Part shown: piece by piece, positions 12,225 to 20,826 of the stretch | Layout: the number at the start of each line of letters is the position of its first letter | How positions within the stretch are numbered: the stretch's first letter is position 1 | From: an uncultured Fibrobacteria bacterium | Lineage (GTDB): Bacteria; Fibrobacterota; Fibrobacteria; UBA11236 | Direction: 5' to 3' | NCBI GenBank assembly: GCA_963716395.1 | Contig: OY970309.1 | Location: 2,432,001-2,496,000, forward strand | DNA length: 64,000 bases | Made by a program: the position numbers and the translations under genes | The notes under the pieces: model-generated | Told to the model about the DNA's origin: nothing | What the model saw: the letters and a program-made list of their open reading frames with translations, nothing else | Database searches by the model: none

Positions 12225-13346
12225 TCAATCCGCCGGTTTTACTCGCCACTGCCCCGTCAGCAACTTCTGCATCAATCCACGTTTTTGTTTTCTTAAGGCT
12301 TCGGCTTGTTTTTCCAACAGTCTTATTTCAAGCTGAAAGGAATTGAGAATGGAAGCTATTCGTTTTTGCTCTTCCAAGGGAGGGTCAGGAATTTTTACAC
12401 GCATTAAATCAGGAATGCTGATTTGTTTTCCGTCCCGGATACCGATTACAACGATTGTGAGGTATTTTTCAATGAAGAATTTACATTTGAAAAATTGCAT
12501 ATAGAATTCATCGTCTATCTCTAGCCTTGCACGAAGTACCGTGTATGCCGGACTGATTAGCCCCGTATATCTTGAGTATTCAATGCCCCCCTGAAATGAA
12601 CGAAGGCTTACGGCGAAATCTCCTTCCTTAATCAATTTGTAGGCTTCCGTACCAGCCTCTGGCGACATAACCCGGCCTTCCAACATGTTGCGGGGAATTA
12701 CCCCTCGGTCTTGAGTGACCGATAAAAGTTCTGCATCACCGTTTCTTTTTTCTGAAATTGTTTCGAAGATCCTTTCGATTCGACAATGTTCCCAATATTT
12801 ACACCGATCCCCAATCATTGATTTGACAGTTTGAGAGAAAAGGCTTTCCTTCGCCTCAATCAGCCGCTCGGTTTTTTCGATGGCGGTATTCCATACAGAT
12901 AAGATTTTTGAGATTGCTACTTGTTCGGATAATGGGGGGAGAACGATTTTATATCTCCCAAATTGTTCGCCCGGTAATTGTGGTATGCCACTACTTTCCG
13001 GAAAAATACGAAGCCTATGATTTACGTATTCGGAAAAGTAGTGAGTACTCAATTCTACCCGAGGAACAATGACAAGAAGCCTTCCAATAGCGCCAAAACC
13101 AGATTCCCTAACAAATGCGGTCCCTAATCCTGCCCCTCTGCCGACGACAGTCACACAATTGCCTTGGTATTCTTCGAAATCATAAAAACCATATAACCCA
13201 AGATTTTCGACGGAATTCGAATAAACAGGGAAAGTATGAGTAGTAGTTTTTACTTCTGAAAAGGAATCTTCTTTCAAATCACGTCCAACTAAAATTTGTG
13301 CAACATCCGAAATTTCTTCTTCCAGCCATCCTTTAGGGAAACTCAT
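12225..13346 (-). CDS. hsdS: Type I R-M specificity subunit with two TRDs
   Basis: PKGW start; LPPLSEQ and PPLEEQKRIA conserved regions; KRGLMQKLLTG C-terminus; AT-rich. Confidence 0.95.
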   Translation of the reverse strand: MSFPKGWLEEEISDVAQILVGRDLKEDSFSEVKTTTHTFPVYSNSVENLGLYGFYDFEEYQGNCVTVVGRGAGLGTAFVRESGFGAIGRLLVIVPRVELSTHYFSEYVNHRLRIFPESSGIPQLPGEQFGRYKIVLPPLSEQVAISKILSVWNTAIEKTERLIEAKESLFSQTVKSMIGDRCKYWEHCRIERIFETISEKRNGDAELLSVTQDRGVIPRNMLEGRVMSPEAGTEAYKLIKEGDFAVSLRSFQGGIEYSRYTGLISPAYTVLRARLEIDDEFYMQFFKCKFFIEKYLTIVVIGIRDGKQISIPDLMRVKIPDPPLEEQKRIASILNSFQLEIRLLEKQAEALRKQKRGLMQKLLTGQWRVKPAD

Positions 13347-13543
13347 TCTCCTTCCCCCAACTTTTCCAACATCTGTACCGCGCCCTTTTCAAACTTGGAA
13401 AAGGCAAACCACTTCTTCCCCAAATCCTTGAGCGAAGCGCCGACTTGGTAGATGGCGTGCCCGCCCAGGGTCAGAAAACGGTCATGCGCCTCCGCGAATT
13501 CGCGATTAACAATCAGTTCCATATCGGGCTTTCCTCCCGCCAA
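13343..13543 (-). pseudogene. C-terminal remnant of an ORF6N-associated PLD-like domain protein
   Basis: HDRFL..YQVGASLKDLGKKWFAFSK resembles the recalled C-terminus of ORF6N/KilA-N-type proteins; N-terminus absent; stop overlaps hsdS ATG. Confidence 0.55.
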
Positions 13544-13911
13544 TTATCCGGAAACCCCATCCAACGAATGGGTATTTGCGGATGCGCTTCTTGTATCAAC
13601 CGAATTAAACGTTCATGCCAGCCGCTTTGAGGGGCAATTCTTTTCAGCAAGTACCGAAGGAGGCTCAATACCGCGAATACGCGATCGGAAAGCAAGCCCC
13701 GTTTTAGCAGTAAATCAGGTAGAGGCCTGGCGGGTATGCTGCTGGGAACATACTCCCAATTTGTGGAAGACGCAATCGCACAAAGCGAATGGACTCCAAC
13801 CCTATTGCATTTATCCAAGGATGGGTCGAATTTCGGACGTCCGTTATGGTATCGGCCACAATTAACGAGGTCGCCATACATTCCCAAAGAGACGTAAACT
13901 TCAACGCTCAT
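13513..13911 (-). pseudogene. Degraded Abi_2 (AbiD/F-like) fragment
   Basis: C-terminal RVFAVL..L.YLL..I..W..RL..LI..IPIRWMGFPDNW resembles Abi_2; a second frame gives LWECM..LESIRFVR; no intact RNxxAH HEPN motif. Confidence 0.5.
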
Positions 13912-14929
13912 TGCCGCCCCTTTTCGATATGCGCTTTATTTCCTTATCAAAATCGGAGACATAATTCGTATCCTGAAGTTTTCTGAACTTCTCATACTCC
14001 TTCCCTACCAAGGCCAAAGCCACTTCATGACTGATCTTGCCGGATCCGGCCAGAATCTCATGCTCGCTGAATTTGAGAAAAGCATCCAACTTCTCGATCC
14101 AATCCTTCATGTACATGGCATGCCTGCGGACGGCCTGCAGTTCGGCGTGGTCCAGGTACATGGCCACGATTCTATTCAAGTGATCCAATTCGCCTTTATT
14201 GAGGTAATTCTTCGCAACTGAAATATCCGTGGGATATATTTTCCCTTGGGGCGCTTTGCGCCACGAAGTCAGCCCCATATTGGGCTTGCCGGCATCCGCG
14301 CGCTTGGAGATGATTTCGGCGGCGGTTTGACCGGTAATCGCGAAGTGCAATTTGTTTTGAACGGTGGCGAAAAACTCCTTGGTAATCCGGGCCGTGGTCG
14401 AGTAATCGGTTGAAGTCGCATAGAGATCGGTGATTTTCTGGTACAGCATCCGTTCGCTGGATCGGATGTCCCGGATTTCTTCCAGCAAATCGTCGAAATA
14501 CCGGGTACTGAACCGGGAGCCGTATTTGAACCGGTCGCCGTCCACCGCGAATCCCTTATGGATATATTGCCGCAGTACGCCGATTGCCCATTGCCGGAAT
14601 TGCGTGCCGCGCTCGGAATTCACCCGGTATCCCACGGCAATAACGGCTTCCAGGGAATAAAACGCGGTTTTTCTTTTTATTTCGCGTTTCCCTTCGATTT
14701 GAACTACCGAGAAATCCTCGGAAGTTGCGGCCGCGTCAAGCTCCTTCTCGGCGTAGATGTTCTTCAGATGGAGCGAAATATTGTCCGCAGTGCAGTCGAA
14801 AAGTTCCCCCATGCGTTTTTGGGACAGCCAGACGTTTTCATTGGCGTACAAAACCTCCACATTGGCCTTGCCATCCGGAGTCTGATAAAAGGTGATCTCG
14901 TTATCCGGCACCGGTTTACGTTTCGGCAT
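13901..14929 (-). CDS. Virulence protein RhuM family DNA-binding protein
   Basis: ENVWLSQKRMGELF, AVGYRVNSERGTQFRQWA, IRDIRSSE, FFATVQNKLHFA, VAKNYL. Confidence 0.93.
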   Translation of the reverse strand: MPKRKPVPDNEITFYQTPDGKANVEVLYANENVWLSQKRMGELFDCTADNISLHLKNIYAEKELDAAATSEDFSVVQIEGKREIKRKTAFYSLEAVIAVGYRVNSERGTQFRQWAIGVLRQYIHKGFAVDGDRFKYGSRFSTRYFDDLLEEIRDIRSSERMLYQKITDLYATSTDYSTTARITKEFFATVQNKLHFAITGQTAAEIISKRADAGKPNMGLTSWRKAPQGKIYPTDISVAKNYLNKGELDHLNRIVAMYLDHAELQAVRRHAMYMKDWIEKLDAFLKFSEHEILAGSGKISHEVALALVGKEYEKFRKLQDTNYVSDFDKEIKRISKRGGNER

Positions 14930-14983
14930 GTCCGCTCCGAAGTGGTGGGGAAGATTTGTTTGCGGTAAATCCGCCGTAAGGGG

Positions 14984-16543
14984 TCATCTTTTAACTTCCT
15001 TGAGCATGGCGGCCATTTTGGCTCTCACTTCGGCAAGCTCTTTTTCCAATTGGTCGATTTCCTTCTGCACCGCGTCCACATCGATTTCCTCTTCTTCCTC
15101 GAAGGTGTCGACATACCTGGGAATATTGAGATTGAACTCGTTTTCCTCGATCTCTTGCAACGAGGCCACGTAGGCATATTTCTCGACGCTTTTCCTGGAC
15201 CAATAGGTCTGGAAAATTTTCTTGAGGTGATCATCGGAAAGAGTATTATGGTTCTTGCCCGTCTCAAACTCGCGGCTGGCATCGAGGAAAATCACGTCTT
15301 TGCGCTTGTGATTGGATCCGCCCTTTTCGCGGCTGCGGTCGAAGACCAAAATGGCCACGGGAATATTGGTGGTCGGAAACAGATTGCCGGGAAGACCGAT
15401 CACGGCATCCAATAGGTTTTCCTCGATCATTTTCTGTCGGATGCGTCCCTCGGCCCCGCCCCGGAATAGCACGCCATGCGGAACCACCACCGAGACCCGG
15501 CCTTCTTTTTCCTGCGCCGCCTCTATCATGTGACTGATAAAGGCCCAATCGCCCTTGCTCTTGGGAGGCATCCCCCGCCAGAAGCGGTTAAAGCGATCCC
15601 CTTTTTCCATTTCTTCCGCTCCCCATTTGTCCAAGGAAAAGGGAGGGTTGGCAATGACCACGTCGAATTTCATCAGGCGATCTTTTTCCACCAAGGCCGG
15701 GCCGGTGAGGGTATTGCACCATTCGATGCGGGCACTGTCGGCTCCATGCAAGAACATGTTCATCCGCGCCAAGGCCCAGGTGCTGCCATTGGATTCCATG
15801 CCGAATAACGCGAAATTCCGATCGCCCACTTCGCGGGCGGCTTCGATAAGCAGGCCACCGGAACCGCAGGCGGGATCGCAAATGCGGTTGCCCGGCTTCG
15901 GCCTGGCAAGCTTGGCCACCAATTCCGAAACCTTATGGGGCGTGTAGAACTCCCCGGCCTTTTTTCCGGCGTCCGCGGCGAAGCGTTCGATCAGATAGAT
16001 GTAGGTGTTCCCGATCACATCCTCGGAAACCCGGCTGGGGCTCATTTCCAGTTGCGGCTTGTGGAAATCCTCCAACAATATTTTCAAACGGCGGTTGCGG
16101 TCCTTTGGTTTGCCGAGGTTGCCTTCGCTGTTGAAATCGATGTTTCGAAATACCCCTTCCAGCTTGGCCTTGTTGGCTTCTTCAATCGCGTTCAGGACTT
16201 CATTGATCAGTTCGCCGATATTGGCCGCATCGCGTCGCGCATACAGGCTGTAATAATCGGCCAAGAAGCGGTCTATCACCTTCTTGCCCATTTCGTCCTT
16301 CATTTCCACCATCGGAAGTACGAAGCGTTCACGCTCAAGCTTGCGGCGAATGCGGGTATCGTCGTTGCCGTACTGCTTACTGTAGGCGGCATAGTGATCC
16401 TTCCAAACATCCGAGATGTATTTCACGAATAGCATGACCAGGATGTAATCCTTGTATTGGGCCGGATCGACCACACCCCGGAAGGTGTCGCAGGCCGCCC
16501 ACGCGGCGCTGTTGATGTCTTGCTGATCGATTTTTGCGTTCAC
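14984..16543 (-). CDS. hsdM: Type I R-M N6-adenine methyltransferase
   Basis: AWAACDTFRG, GEFYTP, DPACGSG, ANPPF, VVPHGVLFRG, NLNIPRYV; GTG start. Confidence 0.97.
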   Translation of the reverse strand: MNAKIDQQDINSAAWAACDTFRGVVDPAQYKDYILVMLFVKYISDVWKDHYAAYSKQYGNDDTRIRRKLERERFVLPMVEMKDEMGKKVIDRFLADYYSLYARRDAANIGELINEVLNAIEEANKAKLEGVFRNIDFNSEGNLGKPKDRNRRLKILLEDFHKPQLEMSPSRVSEDVIGNTYIYLIERFAADAGKKAGEFYTPHKVSELVAKLARPKPGNRICDPACGSGGLLIEAAREVGDRNFALFGMESNGSTWALARMNMFLHGADSARIEWCNTLTGPALVEKDRLMKFDVVIANPPFSLDKWGAEEMEKGDRFNRFWRGMPPKSKGDWAFISHMIEAAQEKEGRVSVVVPHGVLFRGGAEGRIRQKMIEENLLDAVIGLPGNLFPTTNIPVAILVFDRSREKGGSNHKRKDVIFLDASREFETGKNHNTLSDDHLKKIFQTYWSRKSVEKYAYVASLQEIEENEFNLNIPRYVDTFEEEEEIDVDAVQKEIDQLEKELAEVRAKMAAMLKEVKR

Positions 16544-16544
16544 T

Positions 16545-17141
16545 TCATTCTCCTTTTGCCAATTGGATAAGGTCGGCTGAAATAATCTTTTTGCGTAATT
16601 CGGCGATACGCCCCATCAACGCTTGCTCTTCTTCACCGAGGGAGGCCATCGCGACAATTGCCCTTTGCTGTTCCAAGGGAGGAATGGGGATTTCGAGATT
16701 TTCCAGAGCCCCTTTGCTGATCATTTGTTGCACGCTGCCCATGGCCAATCCGACCAAAACATTCTGAGTGGATGGTTGGCACAAGAACCAGTTCAAGTAT
16801 TCCGGAAGTACAAGCCTGTCTGAAACCCGAATCCGGAAAAGTGGGCCGGCCACAACCGCTACGCCGGGATCCTTGTCCAAAATTGCGGAGGTGAAGCTTC
16901 CTTCGCCCAACCTGCTGAGATTCTCACGAGATTTGAAAACCATATCTCCGAGTTGCACTAAGTGATGCTCTTTGGGCGATTCCATCTGGATTTTCATCAA
17001 CTTGTTGACCGATACCCTATTCTCCGGTGTCAGGTTTTTTACCTGAATGACGGCCACGTCACCGGGGTTCAGGGAAGAGAGAGGCGCGCGGAAGGTGTAC
17101 CCTACCTGTATGGCCGCTACGTCTTTCAATTTCTTCCTCAT
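16545..17141 (-). CDS. Half-size (single-TRD) type I specificity subunit-like protein
   Basis: KLKDVAAI..G; PEYLNWFL; LENLEIPIPPLEQQRAIV followed by a helical tail; 198 aa; stop 1 nt before the hsdM start. Confidence 0.8.
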   Translation of the reverse strand: MRKKLKDVAAIQVGYTFRAPLSSLNPGDVAVIQVKNLTPENRVSVNKLMKIQMESPKEHHLVQLGDMVFKSRENLSRLGEGSFTSAILDKDPGVAVVAGPLFRIRVSDRLVLPEYLNWFLCQPSTQNVLVGLAMGSVQQMISKGALENLEIPIPPLEQQRAIVAMASLGEEEQALMGRIAELRKKIISADLIQLAKGE

Positions 17142-17188
17142 TTTAAAAGTCTAAATTCAAAATACAGCATAATCAAACATTTTTGTTA

Positions 17189-17205
17189 CTGTATTGTGAA
17201 TACAG
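17189..17205. promoter_or_regulatory. Palindrome CTGTATT-N3-AATACAG upstream of the R-M operon
   Basis: Seen directly; extra half-site aatacag at 17161-17167 in an AT-rich region. Confidence 0.4.
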
Positions 17206-17224
17206 CCTTAAATTATCTATCAAA

Positions 17225-17479
17225 CTAAATAGCTAAAAAACTCAAAACGGCGTCCATTTCGAACGTCAATTCTGCATACGCCACTCGCAGCCCGCATTTG
17301 GGGTAACGGTGACCGTGCTCGGCTATATGGTGCAAACGCATTTTCTCGCGGAAAGAGGCGGGGAAGGAACGGCCACCGAAATCCTTGTCGCCAATAGCCG
17401 GAACAATTTTATAAAGGACTACGGCCCCAGCAGCAGTAACCGTGGTGACAGCTAGAAGTTGGAGCAGGAACTTGCCCCA
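17225..17479 (-). pseudogene. Startless remnant of a membrane-anchored HNH-endonuclease-like gene
   Basis: Hand translation WGKFLLQLLAVTTVTAAGAVVLYKIVPAIGDKDFGGRSFPASFREKMRLHHIAEHGHRYPKCGLRVAYAELT..; in-frame TGA immediately upstream. Confidence 0.35.
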
Positions 17480-17514
17480 TCAGGATTCCGGGAAGCCAGT
17501 GCGGGTTGTCCATC

Positions 17515-17679
17515 CTAGTCAATAGGCGCCGGACCGCTGAAAATGAGCCGTTGATGGCAATGTGGACAGTCCACGATATAACCATTACTCGGAGTTACCG
17601 GGCCAATCGCCCGAAAATACCAGCGACAAGCAGAGCATTGGACTTCGCAGTCGATGCCTGCTTCGGGAATGGCGTGCAT
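17515..17679 (-). CDS. Zinc-ribbon microprotein (54 aa)
   Basis: MHAIPEAGIDCEVQCSACRWYFRAIGPVTPSNGYIVDCPHCHQRLIFSGPAPID; CxxC..CxxC; AAGAGG upstream; shorter than any ORF in the track. Confidence 0.6.
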   Translation of the reverse strand: MHAIPEAGIDCEVQCSACRWYFRAIGPVTPSNGYIVDCPHCHQRLIFSGPAPID

Positions 17680-17811
17680 GGTTTTGCCGCGCGCCTCTTC
17701 ATTCCGAAATTAGACTCGGGGAAAGCTGTTGCGATCCGGCTCTGCCTCCGCGGGGGAATCCATGCGACTTCCATCACCGGCGCCGGTTCCGGGCGCGCTA
17801 AAGACGCAGCG

Positions 17812-18579
17812 TTACGCTGCGCAAATCAGTTGGGGAGCGAAATCAAGGTAATCGCAGGCGGCGAGATGATACTCCACCCCGTCCAGAACGCCGAAGGCCT
17901 TGCCTTTCCATTCGGGTTTGAGGGAATGCAAATGGCCGAACACGGCGTGCTTCGCCCCGGTCGCCGCGATCAGCGACGCGGCGCGTGACGGCGACAGGAG
18001 GTGCCCGAGCGGGGGATAATGCGTGAGCGCGATGCGCGGGCCGGGTTCATGCTGCGGCAGCGAGGCCGCGCTCAGGCGCAGGCGGTGCAATTCGCGTTCG
18101 TAGAGGCGCTCCTGCGTTTCCAAATTCTGCGCGTTCTTCAATCCGGGGATTTCCCCCTTGGCCGGATCCCAGGCGATGAGATCGAAGACCGAGTATTCCG
18201 CGGTGTCCCACAGCCGCGACCCGAAAAAGAAAAACGGGCCCACGCGCACGTGGTTGTTGTGGATGAAGCGGATCGAGGGCGGCAGTTCCGCGTCGAGCTG
18301 CGCCGACGAAGGCCACCAGTAATCGTGGTTTCCGCGCAGCAGCACCTTGACGCCGGGCAGGGCGTCGAGCCAGGCGAGATCGGGCCGCGCCTGGTCGAGG
18401 CGTTTGGCCCAGCTGATGTCGCCGGGCACCAGCACCACGTCGCGCGCGCCCACCCGCTCGCGCCAATGCCGCGCGATTTTTTCGGGATGGCCGATCCATT
18501 CGGGGCCGAAGCGGTCCATGCTTTTGTCGGGGGTGCCGAAAGCCAGATGGGGGTCGGAAAGGGCGAAAACCTTCATCAT
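17812..18579 (-). CDS. Metallophosphoesterase (calcineurin-like)
   Basis: SDPH, GDISW, RGNHD, THYPP, FGHLH. Confidence 0.93.
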   Translation of the reverse strand: MMKVFALSDPHLAFGTPDKSMDRFGPEWIGHPEKIARHWRERVGARDVVLVPGDISWAKRLDQARPDLAWLDALPGVKVLLRGNHDYWWPSSAQLDAELPPSIRFIHNNHVRVGPFFFFGSRLWDTAEYSVFDLIAWDPAKGEIPGLKNAQNLETQERLYERELHRLRLSAASLPQHEPGPRIALTHYPPLGHLLSPSRAASLIAATGAKHAVFGHLHSLKPEWKGKAFGVLDGVEYHLAACDYLDFAPQLICAA

Positions 18580-18662
18580 GGCGAAAGATGGCCATTTTTG
18601 GGAATAATGACAAAATATATCGGGCCGGTTGAAACTCTTTTCTTATTTCATAACCGGGTTAT

Positions 18663-19199
18663 ATGTCTCTCTTGACGCGTCAGGATATCGAAAGCGGGTT
18701 TGAACGATTGGCCCAATTGGCGCAATCTCAAGGTTGCACCCTGCGCCTGTTCGTGAGGGGAGGCGCGGCCATGGTGTTGGGGTATGATGCACGCCAATCC
18801 ACCCATGACATCGACGCCTTGATTCTTTCTCCTCCCGAAGCGCGGATTGTTCGGGAATGGGTAAAAATCATTGCCAGCGAAAAAGGTTGGCCCGAAGACT
18901 GGTTGAACGATGCTGCGAAGGGTTATTTGAACGGACTGAATCCGGGGCTCTTGGTATTTAACTTCCCGGGGCTTGAGGTCAGACTTGTAGCGGCAGACCA
19001 ACTTTTGGCGATGAAGTTAGCGGCTTGGCGTGATGATGTGGATATCGAAGACGCCAGGCGGCTGCTGCAGAAATTGGCGGCAGGCCTAGAGAAGGGTGAA
19101 TTGTGGGAACGTGTGCTACCATTTCTCGCCGAAGGATTCAAATTGAAGGCGCAGTTTGCATTCGATGATTTATGGGAGAGCACCCATGGTTCGAATTGA
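18663..19199 (+). CDS. DUF6036-like nucleotidyltransferase
   Basis: GGAAM..RQSTHDID; PEDWLND; LLAMKL.A.R..D.ED. Confidence 0.8.
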   Translation: MSLLTRQDIESGFERLAQLAQSQGCTLRLFVRGGAAMVLGYDARQSTHDIDALILSPPEARIVREWVKIIASEKGWPEDWLNDAAKGYLNGLNPGLLVFNFPGLEVRLVAADQLLAMKLAAWRDDVDIEDARRLLQKLAAGLEKGELWERVLPFLAEGFKLKAQFAFDDLWESTHGSN

Positions 19200-19542
19200 G
19201 AATCTTGCTGAAGCGGCCTTAAGGCACGACGGCCTGCTCCTCCGGAGTCTCGCCCAGGATCTGCTGCGCGCGGAACCGGACCTTGGGAAAGTTCCCGATC
19301 CGCAAACCGGGGATGCCCGCGTGCGCATGGCTTCGGCCGCTTTGATTGAATTGTTGGCGGAGCGTACGGGCCAGGCGGCCCCGAGTTGGGCGAAAAGCAT
19401 CGGCAAACTTCCGGAACCATTTTTCCTGTTGGCATCGGCGGCAAGCATGAAACGGCTGCGTCTTTTGTGCGAGCAACAATCTCCCGAGCCTTTGCGGCGT
19501 CATGGCTTTTTCGCGCCGCCGAATTTTTTGGAATTCGTTTAA
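19186..19542 (+). CDS. Hypothetical partner of the nucleotidyltransferase (118 aa)
   Basis: Overlaps upstream gene; P.TGD..AALIELLA..P.W..LPEPFF..SPEPLRRHG; GGAGAG RBS. Confidence 0.75.
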   Translation: MVRIENLAEAALRHDGLLLRSLAQDLLRAEPDLGKVPDPQTGDARVRMASAALIELLAERTGQAAPSWAKSIGKLPEPFFLLASAASMKRLRLLCEQQSPEPLRRHGFFAPPNFLEFV

Positions 19543-19570
19543 GGGCGCCGCAAACATTAGGGTGATGGAA

Positions 19571-20752
19571 ATGGGCGATCAAAATGAGCCCCGCGTGATC
19601 TTCCACGTCGACATGGACGCTTTCTACGCCGCCATCGAGCAGTTGGAGCATCCGGAATGGCGCGGCCGACCCGTCATCGTGGGCGGCGTGCACTCGGCGC
19701 GCGGCGTGGTGTCGACCGCCTCGTACGAGGCCCGCGTCTTCGGCGTGCATTCGGCCATGCCCGTGCGCGAGGCGCGGCGCCTCTGCCCGCAGGGAATTTT
19801 CACGCCCGGCCGCCATGACGTTTATCACGAATATTCCCGCCGGCTGCGGGAGGTTTTGGCCGCTTTCAGCCCCGAGGTCGAACCGATTTCGGTGGACGAG
19901 GCTTTTCTCGACATGAGCGGCACGTCCGGGTTGTTCGGGCCGCCCGCGGCGGCGGCGCGCCGGCTCAAAGACGCGGTGTCGGCTGCGTTGCGGCTTACGG
20001 CGTCGGTGGGCGTGGCGCCGAACAAGTTCCTGGCCAAAATCGCCTCGGACCTGCGCAAGCCCGACGGGCTGGTGCTGGTGCGCACCGAAGAGGCCGCCGC
20101 TTTTCTCGACCCCTTGCCGGTGGAAAAGCTGATGGGCGTGGGCCCGCGTACCGCGCCCGCCTTGCACCGCCTGGGGTTGCGCACCATCGGCCAGGTGCGG
20201 CGCCTGGGCGCCGAAGCCTTGAACCGCGCCTTGGGCGAGGGGTTCGGATCGCAGTTGTACGCCCTGGCCTGCGGCCGCGATGAACGCGAAGTGGAAAGTG
20301 CAGGCCGGGAAAAAAGCCTGTCGCATGAGATGACCTTCGAGCGCGATTGCGGCGACCGCGAGGTGTTGGCGGCGCATTTGATCGACCTCTGCGATCGCGT
20401 GGCGCGGCGCGCGCGGCGGGGCGGCCTGTCGGGCCGCACGGTTTCGTTGGTGTGGCGCGATCCTGATTTCAGCCGGCATGCCCGCAGCCGCACCTTGTCT
20501 GAACCCACCCAGGACAGCCGGGTTTTATTCTCCCAGGCCGAGGCGATGCTGGCCGAATTGCGCGGCCGCCCAAGCTTCCGGCTGCTGGGCCTGCGGCTGT
20601 CGGGATTCGCCCCGGTGGCCGCGCAATTGTCGCTGTTCCCTCCGCCCCGTGCCGCGGGTTTGGATCGCGCCGCCGACGCGGTGCGCGATCGTTTCGGCGA
20701 AGACGCCATTTTTCGGGGCCGCGCCCTGCGCAGCGAAGAAGAACGCGAATGA
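19571..20752 (+). CDS. dinB: DNA polymerase IV (Y family)
   Basis: FHVDMDAFYA, STASYEAR.FGV.SAMP, ISVDEAFLD, NKFLAKIASD..KPDG. Confidence 0.95.
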   Translation: MGDQNEPRVIFHVDMDAFYAAIEQLEHPEWRGRPVIVGGVHSARGVVSTASYEARVFGVHSAMPVREARRLCPQGIFTPGRHDVYHEYSRRLREVLAAFSPEVEPISVDEAFLDMSGTSGLFGPPAAAARRLKDAVSAALRLTASVGVAPNKFLAKIASDLRKPDGLVLVRTEEAAAFLDPLPVEKLMGVGPRTAPALHRLGLRTIGQVRRLGAEALNRALGEGFGSQLYALACGRDEREVESAGREKSLSHEMTFERDCGDREVLAAHLIDLCDRVARRARRGGLSGRTVSLVWRDPDFSRHARSRTLSEPTQDSRVLFSQAEAMLAELRGRPSFRLLGLRLSGFAPVAAQLSLFPPPRAAGLDRAADAVRDRFGEDAIFRGRALRSEEERE

Positions 20753-20826
20753 AACTTGGATCACGTACCCTCGCTGTTGCCGGCCAACGGTTTCGAACAT
20801 CCGGCCCGACATGATATACTCGGGCG

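Noticed and set aside
17189-17205. Canonical LexA box
   Set aside because: The spacer is 9 nt rather than 8; kept only as a generic palindrome
7545-17811. Integrative element with att sites around the R-M island
   Set aside because: No integrase, tRNA target or flanking direct repeat seen by eye
17506-17988. 160-aa plus-strand ORF from the track
   Set aside because: TTG start, no motifs, overlaps the phosphoesterase 3' end; the minus-strand Zn-ribbon ORF explains the region better
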